From an uncultured virus (IMG/VR IMGVR_UViG_3300042894_008159) (lineage: Duplodnaviria; Heunggongvirae; Uroviricota; Caudoviricetes): a DNA stretch of 62,012 nt. Made by a program: the position numbers and the translations under genes. Shown here piece by piece: positions 17,871-27,948 of the stretch; positions within the stretch are counted from its first letter, which is position 1; each line of letters starts with the position of its first letter. A model generated the notes under the pieces. The model ran no database searches. It was not told where the DNA came from and saw only the letters and a list, made by a program, of their open reading frames with translations. Where the stretch lies: positions 62,001-124,012 of IMG/VR virus record IMGVR_UViG_3300042894_008159, one strand, 5' to 3'.

Positions 17871-19478
17871 TTAAAGCGTAAAATCCGGTGCTCCCCCTTC
17901 TCCACCTCCTCCTTCTTCTCCCTTGTCCTTTTTATCCTTGTCTGCCTGTTTTTTTTCATCATCTTTGTACTTTTGATTGGAACGATATTCGTCCATGCTC
18001 AGACCTAGCCATCTTTTGATAAGCCATTCCTTATCGAAATAAGGAACTTCTTCTTCCCCAATCTTCTGTTTCATATCACCCAAGGCGGTAATAAAAGCTG
18101 TTCTTTTTGTATAATTAGAAAGTACAATCAATTGCTCAAAAACATTTTCTTTCACAAAATCCAACCCCAAATTAACTTTGAAAGACCGGTCTTCAGACAA
18201 AGCCGGAAAATCCAAACAGGTTTGTATGTATAAAGGTTTTACCAAAAGTTCTTGAAAAACAGACCTCAAACGGGTAACGAATTTTTCATATCTAATTTCA
18301 TCTCTTTCTAACTGATCGATAGAAATCTGGTAAGTCACAGGACCACTCCTCGAAGCAAATCTAGCATATGGAATTTTGGAGTCTAACTTCAGCTTGTTGT
18401 AAAAGTACACAACGTTTTCCATGACGTTGAAATCGGGTCCAGCAGGATTTAATGTGTTGATGTCCGGAGATTCTCCGTCTTTTTCAGGGAATAAATAATT
18501 TTTGTAAAACTGAACTTTGGGAGCTCCATTTACGGTTAATTCCCCGGAAGTATCGTTGATTTGAATTTCTTCTTTATACTGAGACATTAATTGTCCCAGT
18601 GTTTGCATTGCTTTTTGTCCTGATTGTGTTCCAACTGGAATAACAAATTTCAAACGGTATGAAGCGTTCATCACATTCCAAATAACTCTTGTGTTCTCCA
18701 TCACCCTTAAAATGTTATACGATCTAATAAGTCTTTCCGTATAACTTACTCTAGAAACTGAGTTACCCTTGGCATAGGAAAGATAAATTACTTGCTCTGC
18801 CTTTAATTTTCGGGTCATTCTAGGATCACCTGGATATTGAATCCAAATTTGTTGAAATTCTTTGTTAGGTTGTTGTTCTGTGGCTGGTTGTAAAGAAGTA
18901 GCATCTAATTCTTTAAATCCAACAATTTTCTTGCCGTCTGTAGAGTAAACAATTTCAAAAGCCAAAAACCCATCAATCAAAAATTGACGGAAATATTGCC
19001 AGGCCAAAATGCTTTGTTGAAAACCAAAAAGCATGTATAAAGTTCTGAAATTTTCTTCCACCTTAGCTCGCACCTCGGGCTTTAGATCTACATTCAATAA
19101 CGAAGGATATCCAAAGAAATTTTTATCGTCATAATTTATGGCATCGTCCGAAAGGGTATCTAGGATAAAATCAATTTCTCCATTTAATGCAAATTTTCGT
19201 AGAAACTCTCTTTTGCCTAAATAGTCCTTGTCGAAATAAGCGATGTATTTTCTTACTCTGGTGTCTTGATAACCCAATGTCCAAAAGAAAGCATCATTCT
19301 CAGTAAATCCTGTTCCTTGATTATTGAAAAAAGTAGATTCAGTTGCTCCTATAGCCTGCGAATTTCTGATGACCATATCCTCATACTGCATTCCAAACCT
19401 TCCAATTCTGGACAGATTTCGATACAAATTTCCTAAGAAAGAACGCTGTTGGCTGTTATCGTCGTTAAATCCTGCCAT
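17871..19478 (-). CDS. gp20: Portal protein, T4 gp20-like (paralog 2)
   Basis: EI..I...I.DD.I, FRQ.LIDG, SY.E.LIR.YN.LR.ME...VIW....A..R, I.TL, V.YF..KL....KIP..RF, RDEIRY.KF..RLR..F. Confidence 0.85.
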   Translation of the reverse strand: MAGFNDDNSQQRSFLGNLYRNLSRIGRFGMQYEDMVIRNSQAIGATESTFFNNQGTGFTENDAFFWTLGYQDTRVRKYIAYFDKDYLGKREFLRKFALNGEIDFILDTLSDDAINYDDKNFFGYPSLLNVDLKPEVRAKVEENFRTLYMLFGFQQSILAWQYFRQFLIDGFLAFEIVYSTDGKKIVGFKELDATSLQPATEQQPNKEFQQIWIQYPGDPRMTRKLKAEQVIYLSYAKGNSVSRVSYTERLIRSYNILRVMENTRVIWNVMNASYRLKFVIPVGTQSGQKAMQTLGQLMSQYKEEIQINDTSGELTVNGAPKVQFYKNYLFPEKDGESPDINTLNPAGPDFNVMENVVYFYNKLKLDSKIPYARFASRSGPVTYQISIDQLERDEIRYEKFVTRLRSVFQELLVKPLYIQTCLDFPALSEDRSFKVNLGLDFVKENVFEQLIVLSNYTKRTAFITALGDMKQKIGEEEVPYFDKEWLIKRWLGLSMDEYRSNQKYKDDEKKQADKDKKDKGEEGGGGEGGAPDFTL

Positions 19479-19480
19479 AA

Positions 19481-21106
19481 TTATGTTGGTGTTTCTGTTT
19501 CAGGCGGGGCTGCTCCTGGTTCTGGCCCTTCAGGAGGAGCACCGCCTTCTTCTCCCCCTTCTCCCTCAGGTGAATTTTTTTCTTTTTTCTTTTTTGCCTT
19601 CTCTTTCGCTTCTTCATTAGCCTTGATATCATCCTCGGTCATTCCAAGAAAATTTTCAATCAAAAATCCTAAAGAAAAGAAAGGTTGACCTTCTTCATCC
19701 ACTAATTGGTACATAGAGTCGATGGATTCTTTTCTTTTGCTCATCGTTTCTATCTCCTGGTTAACACGAAACGGATTATCTGAAACAAAAGTTAAACCAA
19801 GCTGACTTCTGAACATATAATCCTTCTCCAATTGGGGAAAATCACGACACAATTGAATCCATAGAGGTTTTATGAGAATATCTTGAAAAACAGATCTCAA
19901 TCTCATAATGAACTTCGAAAATCTAATTTCTTCTTTGTCTAATCCTTCTGCTGCATTGGCATATTTACCTGTTGATCCGCCATCAGGCCCTTGAAATCTA
20001 GAAAATGGTATTTTAGATTCTTGAACCAACTTGTCAAAAAAGTAAGCCAAAGGAGCTGGATCATTCAAATTTGGTCCAGCAGTATTTAAAGGTTCAATAT
20101 TAGGAGTACCCAAAGCACCTTTGGGCATAAGATAATTTTTGTAGAACTGAATTTTTGGTTGTCCGTTTACTGAAAGTTCACCGCTTTCGTCGTTGAATTG
20201 AATATCTTCTTTATAGATAGACATTAACTCTCCGAGTGTTTGCATAGCCTTTTGTTGTGATCTGGAGCCTACCGGAACTGTCATTTTAAGACGGAAAGAT
20301 GCATTCATCACAGACCAAATAACACGAGTGTATTCTATGATCCTCAGAACATTATATGGACGAATTAACCTTTCAGTATAACTTACCCTTGAAACAGAAT
20401 TACCCTTTGCGTAAGAAAGATAAATGATCTGAGAATCATACAGCATTCTTCTTTTTCTTTCGTCCTTAGGATATTGATACCAAACATTCAAGAATGTTCC
20501 ATCTTTCTGCTTTTCTACAGAGGGCATTAACGTGGTAGCATCCAATTCTTTAAATCCGATAATATTTTTTCCTTTGTCATCATACACAATTTCGAAAGCT
20601 ACAAAACCATCAACCAAAAGCTGCCTGAAGTACTGCCAGGCAGAAATATCATCATTGAATCCAAACATGTCGTACAATTTTTTGTACGTTGAATCAATTT
20701 TATCTATTACATCTTGTTTAAGCCCGGTTATATTAAGGAATGCTGGATAAGCGAAAAAGTTATAACCATCATAAGAAATAGACTCGTCGCAAACAGTATC
20801 CAGAATATATTCAATTTCCGGGTTTAAAGAAAATTTTCTCAAGTAATCTCTTTTTCCTGCATAGTCTTTATCAAAATAGGAAATGTATTGTCTGGTTGTC
20901 GTATCTTGTCTTCCTAAGGAGAAAAAAGTTGTTTCATCTTCTATAGGTCCCTTCTTTAAAAATTCTGCTTCAGTAGCACCAATGGCTTGGGAATTTTTAA
21001 CCACCATGTCACCATACCGCAATCCGAAATTACTCAGATTTTTGATGGATTCCCTTATTCTTTGGAATATGGGATTGGTATTTGGATTCTCGTTAAATCC
21101 TGCCAT
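19481..21106 (-). CDS. gp20: Portal protein, T4 gp20-like (paralog 1)
   Basis: Same motifs; full length (541 aa); identical block YLSYAKGNSVSRVSYTERLIR shared with the next gene. Confidence 0.85.
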   Translation of the reverse strand: MAGFNENPNTNPIFQRIRESIKNLSNFGLRYGDMVVKNSQAIGATEAEFLKKGPIEDETTFFSLGRQDTTTRQYISYFDKDYAGKRDYLRKFSLNPEIEYILDTVCDESISYDGYNFFAYPAFLNITGLKQDVIDKIDSTYKKLYDMFGFNDDISAWQYFRQLLVDGFVAFEIVYDDKGKNIIGFKELDATTLMPSVEKQKDGTFLNVWYQYPKDERKRRMLYDSQIIYLSYAKGNSVSRVSYTERLIRPYNVLRIIEYTRVIWSVMNASFRLKMTVPVGSRSQQKAMQTLGELMSIYKEDIQFNDESGELSVNGQPKIQFYKNYLMPKGALGTPNIEPLNTAGPNLNDPAPLAYFFDKLVQESKIPFSRFQGPDGGSTGKYANAAEGLDKEEIRFSKFIMRLRSVFQDILIKPLWIQLCRDFPQLEKDYMFRSQLGLTFVSDNPFRVNQEIETMSKRKESIDSMYQLVDEEGQPFFSLGFLIENFLGMTEDDIKANEEAKEKAKKKKEKNSPEGEGGEEGGAPPEGPEPGAAPPETETPT

Positions 21107-21136
21107 GAAGCCAGAAATTTATTTTTATAGACAAAA

Positions 21137-21739
21137 TCAAGTTTTTATTTTCGATTTATATTCCCTATATATCTTATCCAAAGAGAGACCCTCTATTGAG
21201 GCGTTATTGAAATAAGGAATTTTTACCCAGTCTTCATAATCTACAATTTTCACGTCACGTAAATTTTCCTTGTGAAACCCAAAAATTGCAAACTCGTATC
21301 CAGTTCCTTTGAATATTTTTTGTAAATTTTCTCCCTTAAGATTCAAAGGCATTTGAGATCCCAAAATATTTCTCATATTTTCTTGAAGTATTTCTGAAAA
21401 AGTAGAAGTTAGTCTAGTTAAAATTTCTGCCCGTTTATCATTTGGAATAATTGTAAGATCCATTACTTTGCAAATCATCCCTGTACCAATTCTTTCTTCT
21501 GATAAAAAAAGAAAGCACGGATATCTATTTACGAAGGGATTTTTTTCTCCTGGATTTGTTTTTGTTGTGTGTAACGCAAAATAAATTTTTCCGCTTTTAA
21601 AAGAAGTGAATTTCTCTCCAGAGTGATTCGAGCTTGGCCCATATTTTTCCAAAAATTCCTCGTTTATCAATGAATTAAGTTTAGTTAAAGAAGGAAATTC
21701 ACTTCTTAATTTTCTGGCCTGATCCTGAAAGTCGATCAT
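21137..21739 (-). CDS. Hypothetical protein, possibly DNA end-protector (gp2-like)
   Basis: GKIYF....K...PF..RYP..L pattern and position next to the gp4-like gene. Confidence 0.4.
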   Translation of the reverse strand: MIDFQDQARKLRSEFPSLTKLNSLINEEFLEKYGPSSNHSGEKFTSFKSGKIYFALHTTKTNPGEKNPFVNRYPCFLFLSEERIGTGMICKVMDLTIIPNDKRAEILTRLTSTFSEILQENMRNILGSQMPLNLKGENLQKIFKGTGYEFAIFGFHKENLRDVKIVDYEDWVKIPYFNNASIEGLSLDKIYREYKSKIKT

Positions 21740-22221
21740 TTACTTTGAAATAAGAATTTCTCGTTTACAACCCCAAATTTCATTCCTCTACTTTCAGCCC
21801 AATGTTTAGCAGCTTTGAATTTGGCTTGGTTTGTAATCCAAATTTGCATTTTGTGATTGTATGATTTCAGTTTATCTACGGTGTAAGTTCCTTCATATAC
21901 TGGCTTTTCGTGTTGCTTTTCAGGTTTCACCTCTACCAACCATTCCTGTTCATTACCATCGTCTTGAAGGGCTTTCAAATAAAAATCAACATTGTACTTG
22001 TGATCTTTTTTGTCCAAAGGATTATAATATGGTATAGCGGCTGGTTCTGAACTCCACTTTAAAATTTTATCGTTATTATCACAATATTTGCAAAATCTGA
22101 ATTCCCAGCTTGATCTACAAATTATGTTGTGTATATCTCCAACGTATTTGTCTGGATTGACCGGTACATACAAACCAGATTTGTAGCTACCGTTGGGCTT
22201 TATTTTCTTAATATCAGTCAT
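21736..22221 (-). CDS. gp4: Head completion nuclease (T4 gp4-like, TnsA N-terminal fold)
   Basis: YK.G.Y.P.NP.KY.GD..NI..RSSWE..F..YCD.N..I.KWSSE...IPY, Y.VDF, VEVKP, NQAKF.AA. Confidence 0.9.
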   Translation of the reverse strand: MTDIKKIKPNGSYKSGLYVPVNPDKYVGDIHNIICRSSWEFRFCKYCDNNDKILKWSSEPAAIPYYNPLDKKDHKYNVDFYLKALQDDGNEQEWLVEVKPEKQHEKPVYEGTYTVDKLKSYNHKMQIWITNQAKFKAAKHWAESRGMKFGVVNEKFLFQSK

Positions 22222-22581
22222 CTAAATATTATAGGAATTGTCTTCTCCTGTAATATAAGAAAATGGAATGGTTTTAGGGGATTTAGGGGGGTGAATTTTT
22301 TTCCACCCTTTTGCAAATCCATTTTTTGCTATTTGTGTGTAATAAGCAAATGGATTATTTGATTTGGTTGGATCGAACCTATTCCAATACTTACAAAGAT
22401 CTTCCATTGCAAAAGCCATACAATCAGCTTTATCATCTGGATCTTTGTAAGCCATTTTCTTGGAAATACCAGCAATCATTAAATTGAACATTTCGATTGT
22501 CTCGTTGGTCAGTTGGCCTTTTTTCTTAGATTCAAGAATAGCAGCCATTAAACTGGAGTTTGTAACGTAAACTTTTGTCAT
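22222..22581 (-). CDS. gp55: Late-transcription sigma factor, T4 gp55-like, very short (119 aa)
   Basis: YV.N..L, Y....D..D....A.E...KY...FDP.KS.NPFAYYTQI...F. Confidence 0.8.
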   Translation of the reverse strand: MTKVYVTNSSLMAAILESKKKGQLTNETIEMFNLMIAGISKKMAYKDPDDKADCMAFAMEDLCKYWNRFDPTKSNNPFAYYTQIAKNGFAKGWKKIHPPKSPKTIPFSYITGEDNSYNI

Positions 22582-22640
22582 TAAATGTTAAAAAAATTGC
22601 TAACTTAGAATCTTAGTTTTATCCTCGAGGTTAGTTTCAT

Positions 22641-22811
22641 TTAAAACTTATTTTCCTCAGCCGAATCATCTGTAAATTCACTATCTTCAGATTTTCCAGA
22701 TGGTGCAAAACTCATACCCTTTTTATAATCATCTACAAAAGGTTCGGGTTTTTTGTCCTGATCTGGACTAGATGGTGCAAAAGCCCATACCCTACTGAGG
22801 ATTTTTTTTAG
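22641..22811 (-). CDS. 56-codon -1-frame extension of the 888-aa gene (candidate frameshift product)
   Basis: LKKILSRVWAFAPSSPDQDKKPEPFVDDYKKGMSFAPSGKSEDSEFTDDSAEENKF*; reached through TC-A9-C-TAA; continues the AP-repeat theme of the upstream protein. Confidence 0.65.
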   Translation of the reverse strand, partial: LKKILSRVWAFAPSSPDQDKKPEPFVDDYKKGMSFAPSGKSEDSEFTDDSAEENKF

Positions 22812-25474
22812 TTTTTTTTTGACTCCTCGCTTTCGTCGATATTGTAACCCATTTCAGGATTGGACTTATAACCTATCCTTCCCTCGGAGCCCTTAGAGGG
22901 AGCTACCGCGAAATTTGGATCAGTTTTCATTACCTGTGGACTATGTGCTTTACCCTTGATAGTTTTTACCCCATATCCAGCATCTCCTTCGGATTTACCT
23001 GGGGCAACTGCCAAATTTTGATTTGTTTTTTCGAGCTCTGTTTTTTCATCCACATTATAACCCATCTCATCATCTACTTTGTAGTGGAGCTCTTTCCCTT
23101 TTTCACTTCCTGGAGCAGAAGCAAAATTAGGATCTGTTTTCATGACCTGAGGGTTTTTAGATTTGTATCGAATTCCCTTGACTTCATAATCTGCATCGCC
23201 TTCTTCAGAACCAGGAGTTTCTGAAAGCTTCATAAGTTTAACATCAGATTTGCTGAAACGTGTGTCTTCCGACAAATTATACCCAGCACCTTTAGTTGCC
23301 TTGTATTTGGTGTGTGTTTCTTTTCCTTCTGGTGCCTCCTCTAAATTAGCATCTTTCAAATTCTCTACATCTTTTTGTCCACCTTTGTTATTGTCTTTTC
23401 CTTTAGGTGCAGCTTCTGTATTTTTTCTCATCGTGTTGCCTGGAGTTGCATCTTTCTTTTCCTTTGCAGATTTACCGGGAGCTGTAGCCAATTGCTGAGA
23501 AGCTTCTTTCAATTCCTCTTGTGTTTCTGCCTCGACTTCATTTTCATCACCTGCAGTGGATAATGCATCGTCCAGATTGATAATTTCATCGATTTTAAAA
23601 TCTCCGGTCCTACCGTTGTCCATCAATACCGTATAAGAACCGGATGTAGAATCAATAGAAATAATTTTACCTGTGTTTCCAGATTCCAAAACCTTAACAT
23701 ATTCTCCGACGTTAAATTTATCATCCTCGTACACTTCCTCAAAAGACAAAGGTTCATTTTCAATTTTTTGAAGCTCTGTGTTCACTGCTGACCACTTTTT
23801 GCGCAAAGAGGAAAGTTCTCTTTCCAATAAATTCTGAGCCCTTTGAAGTTCAGGTGAATTTGCAAACAAAGGATTTAAACCCATTTGCGATTCAACTTTT
23901 TGAAGCTGTCCTTCTAGAACTGTAATATTTTCCATCAACCTCTTTCTGTCGTTTAGCATGATAGATTTGATTCTAGATTCACCATCCAAAAATTCAGTTA
24001 AACCCTCTGAAATATCATATTTCAAGAATTCTCTTACCATGTTTGTTGCCTGTGTTCCATTAACTTCAAAAACAGAATTATCTGACATAGATTCGTTAAT
24101 TCTGTTAAGGAATATTTTATTTTCCCATTTAATGAGGTTTACTGAAGCACCTTCATAAACTTTGGATTCAATTCTTTTTGCAAAATCAAGTTCAACAATC
24201 GAAAGGAAGTTCTCATACAAATTCAAAATGTCATAAACAATTTTGTTTTCGTTCATACCCAAAGATCCGGAAATTTCTAATCCAATTGCCTTTGAAAGGT
24301 TCACTTTATCTTGGAATTTCATTGATTTTCCGTTGAATAGAATTGATACGCTTTCTCCTTCTTCAATTAAAGAAAATTTGTGTTTACCAACAAAAACATT
24401 TAAACCATTCTCATCGACCTTTACATATGGAGCATAAAAAGATTCTAAAACTGAAATGAAATTTTTTGGGAGAACAGCTACCTGCCCACGATTTAGTTTC
24501 TTCAATCCTTGGCTTGATCCTTCAAAAACATTTGACCCAATGGTGAAAATGGTTTTACCTCCTTCTACAAGAACAGGAGAGAAAACTCTACGGACTGAAG
24601 AATTACCAGCATGGATCGGAATATTTAGCTTGGAAGAATCTTGTTCCATCAGGGAAAGATTGTTCAACAAGTTTCTAACAATAGGATTAAATTGCCATCT
24701 TGAAATATCTTTTGTTAGAAGAGATATTGATTTATTTTCAGACACCAGCCACTTGTTCAGGGATTCGGTTACAGGAGAATAAAAATCAGAACCTGCATTA
24801 CTTGAAATGGTATACAAAGCTTTAGAAACTTCGATTTCAGGTCTGAGATCCGTTAGCTTTTCGCTTAATGATTCTGTTATTTCTTGTACTCTTTCATCCC
24901 AATCAAAATTTTTCATTTCTTGAAGAAATCCTTCTGCTACCAGGAATTCTGGCATATTTTTGCTTTTCAGCAAATGATAATATTTTTCACAAATAATTTT
25001 GATGGAAGGATGTTCGAAAATACCAGAATTCCGAATTGTATTAATTCCTTCAAAAACACCCAGATTATTTACTTCTTCTGACTTCATAAAAGCTTCTACA
25101 CCTTTGTCCTGCGAAGCAAGAGCAGACAAATTCTCATTCAAGCTAGTATAGTCCACTTTTGATGTTTGTTCTTTTTCACTCTCTACATAGCTTCCTGAGT
25201 TTTTGGATAGACCATTCCCAACACCACCCCATGATTCCATCAATCTATTTGCGGCGTTTTTGGATCTAGTCAATTCCTGTTCTCTCATAAGTTGAAAGGG
25301 ATCTTGCGATGGTGTATCAACACGTTCGAAATTTTGGATGGACTCCATGATCGAATCGGAATTGATATTAGGGTCTCCTTTTTCTATCTTTTGAATGTTT
25401 GATTCACAGATAGCTTTAACTTCTGGAGAAGTAGTTGTATTTCTTAGGGTTTTGAGTTTATTCAGTAAATCCAT
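22808..25474 (-). CDS. Large late protein with coiled coil, SH3-like domain and C-terminal AP/GYNxxE repeats; candidate prohead core protein
   Basis: 888 aa; GATATATA at 25499; many [LIVM]xES/[LIVM]xE sites; KFNVGEYVKV...GKII.ID...YTV..DNG; duplicated PQVMKTDPNFA.AP...EMGYN.DE. Confidence 0.6.
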   Translation of the reverse strand: MDLLNKLKTLRNTTTSPEVKAICESNIQKIEKGDPNINSDSIMESIQNFERVDTPSQDPFQLMREQELTRSKNAANRLMESWGGVGNGLSKNSGSYVESEKEQTSKVDYTSLNENLSALASQDKGVEAFMKSEEVNNLGVFEGINTIRNSGIFEHPSIKIICEKYYHLLKSKNMPEFLVAEGFLQEMKNFDWDERVQEITESLSEKLTDLRPEIEVSKALYTISSNAGSDFYSPVTESLNKWLVSENKSISLLTKDISRWQFNPIVRNLLNNLSLMEQDSSKLNIPIHAGNSSVRRVFSPVLVEGGKTIFTIGSNVFEGSSQGLKKLNRGQVAVLPKNFISVLESFYAPYVKVDENGLNVFVGKHKFSLIEEGESVSILFNGKSMKFQDKVNLSKAIGLEISGSLGMNENKIVYDILNLYENFLSIVELDFAKRIESKVYEGASVNLIKWENKIFLNRINESMSDNSVFEVNGTQATNMVREFLKYDISEGLTEFLDGESRIKSIMLNDRKRLMENITVLEGQLQKVESQMGLNPLFANSPELQRAQNLLERELSSLRKKWSAVNTELQKIENEPLSFEEVYEDDKFNVGEYVKVLESGNTGKIISIDSTSGSYTVLMDNGRTGDFKIDEIINLDDALSTAGDENEVEAETQEELKEASQQLATAPGKSAKEKKDATPGNTMRKNTEAAPKGKDNNKGGQKDVENLKDANLEEAPEGKETHTKYKATKGAGYNLSEDTRFSKSDVKLMKLSETPGSEEGDADYEVKGIRYKSKNPQVMKTDPNFASAPGSEKGKELHYKVDDEMGYNVDEKTELEKTNQNLAVAPGKSEGDAGYGVKTIKGKAHSPQVMKTDPNFAVAPSKGSEGRIGYKSNPEMGYNIDESEESKKN

Positions 25475-25534
25475 TTTCTTTTGAATTTTTTTACGTACTA
25501 TATATCATTCAGAACTTTCGTTTTCTGAATTTTT

Positions 25535-26077
25535 TTATTTAGCTACCAGAACTTGTAGTTTCACATCGAAGTCGGGATGAGGGTTGGTAAAAGTGATTCC
25601 GCCACCCGAATAAAGTAAATCATATTCGCTTAAATTCCACCCAGTTACATCAGAATCAGTAGATCCAAGAGGGTTACCACTTAGTACCATAAGTTCCCCT
25701 AGGTTGTAAGTTTTACCTTGATAACTCCAGTGAATGTATTTTTGGATTTGTGGAGTTCCGTTCTTAGGTGTAGGAACTCCTGGAATAATTGGGGTTTGCG
25801 AAGCAAACAATATCGGATTTTTTGGAGCAGGGTATTGAACCTTAACTGCTATCCAACGTACAAAACCCTCCGTTCCAATGTCGGTTTGACTTAGCTTAAT
25901 AGATTTAGTTCTTTTCAGTGTGATCATCAATCTAGAATAATCTTGAACAACAAACGCTAAATCTTTAAAGTTAAAAAAGGTTGTGTAGTTAAAATCTTCT
26001 TCCAACACAAATTGATTTTTAAAGAAAACCCAACCGTTAGGTGGAATAGGAGGACAAAGGATAGGTCTGGTTGCCAT
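25535..26077 (-). CDS. Probable structural beta-rich protein, paralog of 26079..26756
   Basis: Shared W.Y.G..Y....M.L.G...GW...GG..F.NP....VKL.VL.A C-terminus. Confidence 0.6.
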   Translation of the reverse strand: MATRPILCPPIPPNGWVFFKNQFVLEEDFNYTTFFNFKDLAFVVQDYSRLMITLKRTKSIKLSQTDIGTEGFVRWIAVKVQYPAPKNPILFASQTPIIPGVPTPKNGTPQIQKYIHWSYQGKTYNLGELMVLSGNPLGSTDSDVTGWNLSEYDLLYSGGGITFTNPHPDFDVKLQVLVAK

Positions 26078-26078
26078 T

Positions 26079-26756
26079 TTAGCTTGCGGTTAAAACCGTT
26101 AATTTTACATTATACTCGGTTGGATTTGAAAAAACAAAACCTCCAGTAGCTGCTCCAGTATAACCAACTTCAGAAGAAACATCATTGCTGGTTTGCCATC
26201 CCTTCCAAATTTGGCCATTTTTTACCTGTCCAGTTAGCATCATAAAATCTGCCATGATGTATCTAGAACCTTTATATTCCCAATAAAGCATTCTTTGGTC
26301 TGGTGTTGCATCTGCATAAAATTGTGCTCTTGCCATAAACAAACCGATTTCTCCTAAAGTAGTGTCGAAATCTCCTTGATCTAGATTAACCGATGTATAA
26401 GGAGCTATTACAAAGGTCTGTTGTTGGTATCCAGAGAAATCTCGAACAGGATAGAAAAAATCAACCAAATCTAATTTTTGTTCGGTAACATCCTGCCAAG
26501 CAACATTCATTGAGGTATTGTAAAACCTAATATTTTTTGGATCGTTGAAGTTCGAAAATGTCAGATTGACCCTTTCTAAACCTCCTGGATTTAAAGCAAT
26601 CAGAGTGTACCTAGTATCAAAATTGGCAGAAGGACCAGGATCTAATCCTACTTGGGAGGATCCTTCACCAAAATAAGTTCCCCCGGTAACTGCTGAAGAG
26701 CTACCGCCATAGATATCTAAATCTCCGCCTGTTATAGAATTGCTTTCGTTAAACAT
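26079..26756 (-). CDS. Probable structural beta-rich protein, paralog of 25535..26077
   Basis: Same shared C-terminal pattern; in the late operon from 27836. Confidence 0.6.
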   Translation of the reverse strand: MFNESNSITGGDLDIYGGSSSAVTGGTYFGEGSSQVGLDPGPSANFDTRYTLIALNPGGLERVNLTFSNFNDPKNIRFYNTSMNVAWQDVTEQKLDLVDFFYPVRDFSGYQQQTFVIAPYTSVNLDQGDFDTTLGEIGLFMARAQFYADATPDQRMLYWEYKGSRYIMADFMMLTGQVKNGQIWKGWQTSNDVSSEVGYTGAATGGFVFSNPTEYNVKLTVLTAS

Positions 26757-26758
26757 TT

Positions 26759-27541
26759 TTATAATCTAGTTGGATCAACCTGTGGTGAAGGTCGGTCTAT
26801 GATTCTTTGTTTGTTTGCATTAGAATTTAGCATTTCGACAGTTTCAACTTTTCCCAATTCTACGCTCGATTCTTTAAATTCTTCAACGACATTCTCCGGA
26901 ATTTCTTGATTTGAAATTAATTCAGTAGATGTCAGGAAAACTTCAGGATCTTGTTGTGGCTGCACTTCCGGAGTTGGCAAACCCCCGTCAATAATTGTGT
27001 CCTCGGTAGTTTTTTTATTTTCTTCTGGTTCAACATTCATTTGATCTTCAGGACGTTCGTTGTTTTCTTCTTTTGCTATCTCTGGTTTAATTTCTTCAGA
27101 TTTCACAGATTCTTCTGGTTTAATATAATCCACAAGAGATTTAATAAATCCTAATGATACCAAAGGAAGAATTGCTCCAGAAATAATACTAAGTATTCTT
27201 TTTTGATAAATTAGTTCTTCTTCTTCCAGTCCAAAAAGTTGGCTCCAAGCTTCGAAATTTTCAAGATTAATGAAGGCATAATATGTATTTCCCATGCCTT
27301 GCATAGCAGTTAAAACAAAAAATAAAAGCCACACCAAAGTCTTGTTCATTTTTTTCAGAACTATCAAAGACGCCAAAGAAGCAGCTGCTCCTATCTCAAA
27401 CGAAATGGCGAGGAAAATGGCTAGCCAATCTGGATTTGAAAGTTTAAAAAAATCAATTACGTGAATAGTAGAAATGATACTAACTACCAAATACAAAGAG
27501 ACAAATGTGGAAATTATAAACCAATGTAAATTCTTGTTCAT
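26759..27541 (-). CDS. Membrane protein with about 4 TM segments and an acidic tail
   Basis: Four hydrophobic stretches in the first ~140 aa, then an E/P-rich tail. Confidence 0.7.
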   Translation of the reverse strand: MNKNLHWFIISTFVSLYLVVSIISTIHVIDFFKLSNPDWLAIFLAISFEIGAAASLASLIVLKKMNKTLVWLLFFVLTAMQGMGNTYYAFINLENFEAWSQLFGLEEEELIYQKRILSIISGAILPLVSLGFIKSLVDYIKPEESVKSEEIKPEIAKEENNERPEDQMNVEPEENKKTTEDTIIDGGLPTPEVQPQQDPEVFLTSTELISNQEIPENVVEEFKESSVELGKVETVEMLNSNANKQRIIDRPSPQVDPTRL

Positions 27542-27816
27542 TTGGATTCTAAATTTTCAATTTCTTGATCAAGAACAGACTGTCGTGTGACATCAATCAT
27601 TTTTCTATCTGTCGATTGGATCATTCTTTTTTCTGCTTTTAAACCCTCTATAATCAGGTCTTTTTTAGTGACAAGAGAATCCATCTTCACCGAAATTTTG
27701 GAATTTTCCTTTTTTATTCTTTCTAGATCTCTGCCCATTCCACACTGTTTCATAAAAAGTCCTAGAAATAAACACAGAAGAATAACTTCGAAATTTGTTT
27801 TGATTTTTTGTAACAT
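27538..27816 (-). CDS. Small membrane-anchored or lipoprotein-like coiled-coil protein
   Basis: VILLCLFLGLFMKQC followed by a coiled coil; late motif at 27836. Confidence 0.6.
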   Translation of the reverse strand: MLQKIKTNFEVILLCLFLGLFMKQCGMGRDLERIKKENSKISVKMDSLVTKKDLIIEGLKAEKRMIQSTDRKMIDVTRQSVLDQEIENLESK

Positions 27817-27916
27817 GAGATTAAGTTTATTTTAGTATATATCTCCAACCATAATTTGTTCTTCGTACGATTTCGAAACGGAGATGTGATAAAGACAAAT
27901 TTCTAAAAATTATGAC

Positions 27917-27948
27917 AAAAAAAAAGATTTTGGTTTCCCAAAATCTTT
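27917..27948 (-). terminator. Rho-independent terminator
   Basis: Minus strand AAAGATTTTGG-GAAA-CCAAAATCTTTTTTTTT, downstream of 27972..28496. Confidence 0.85.

Noticed and set aside
21736..22221. TnsA-like nuclease as a Tn7 element or homing endonuclease
   Set aside because: Motifs and context match the T4 gp4 head-completion protein; no transposon genes or ends.
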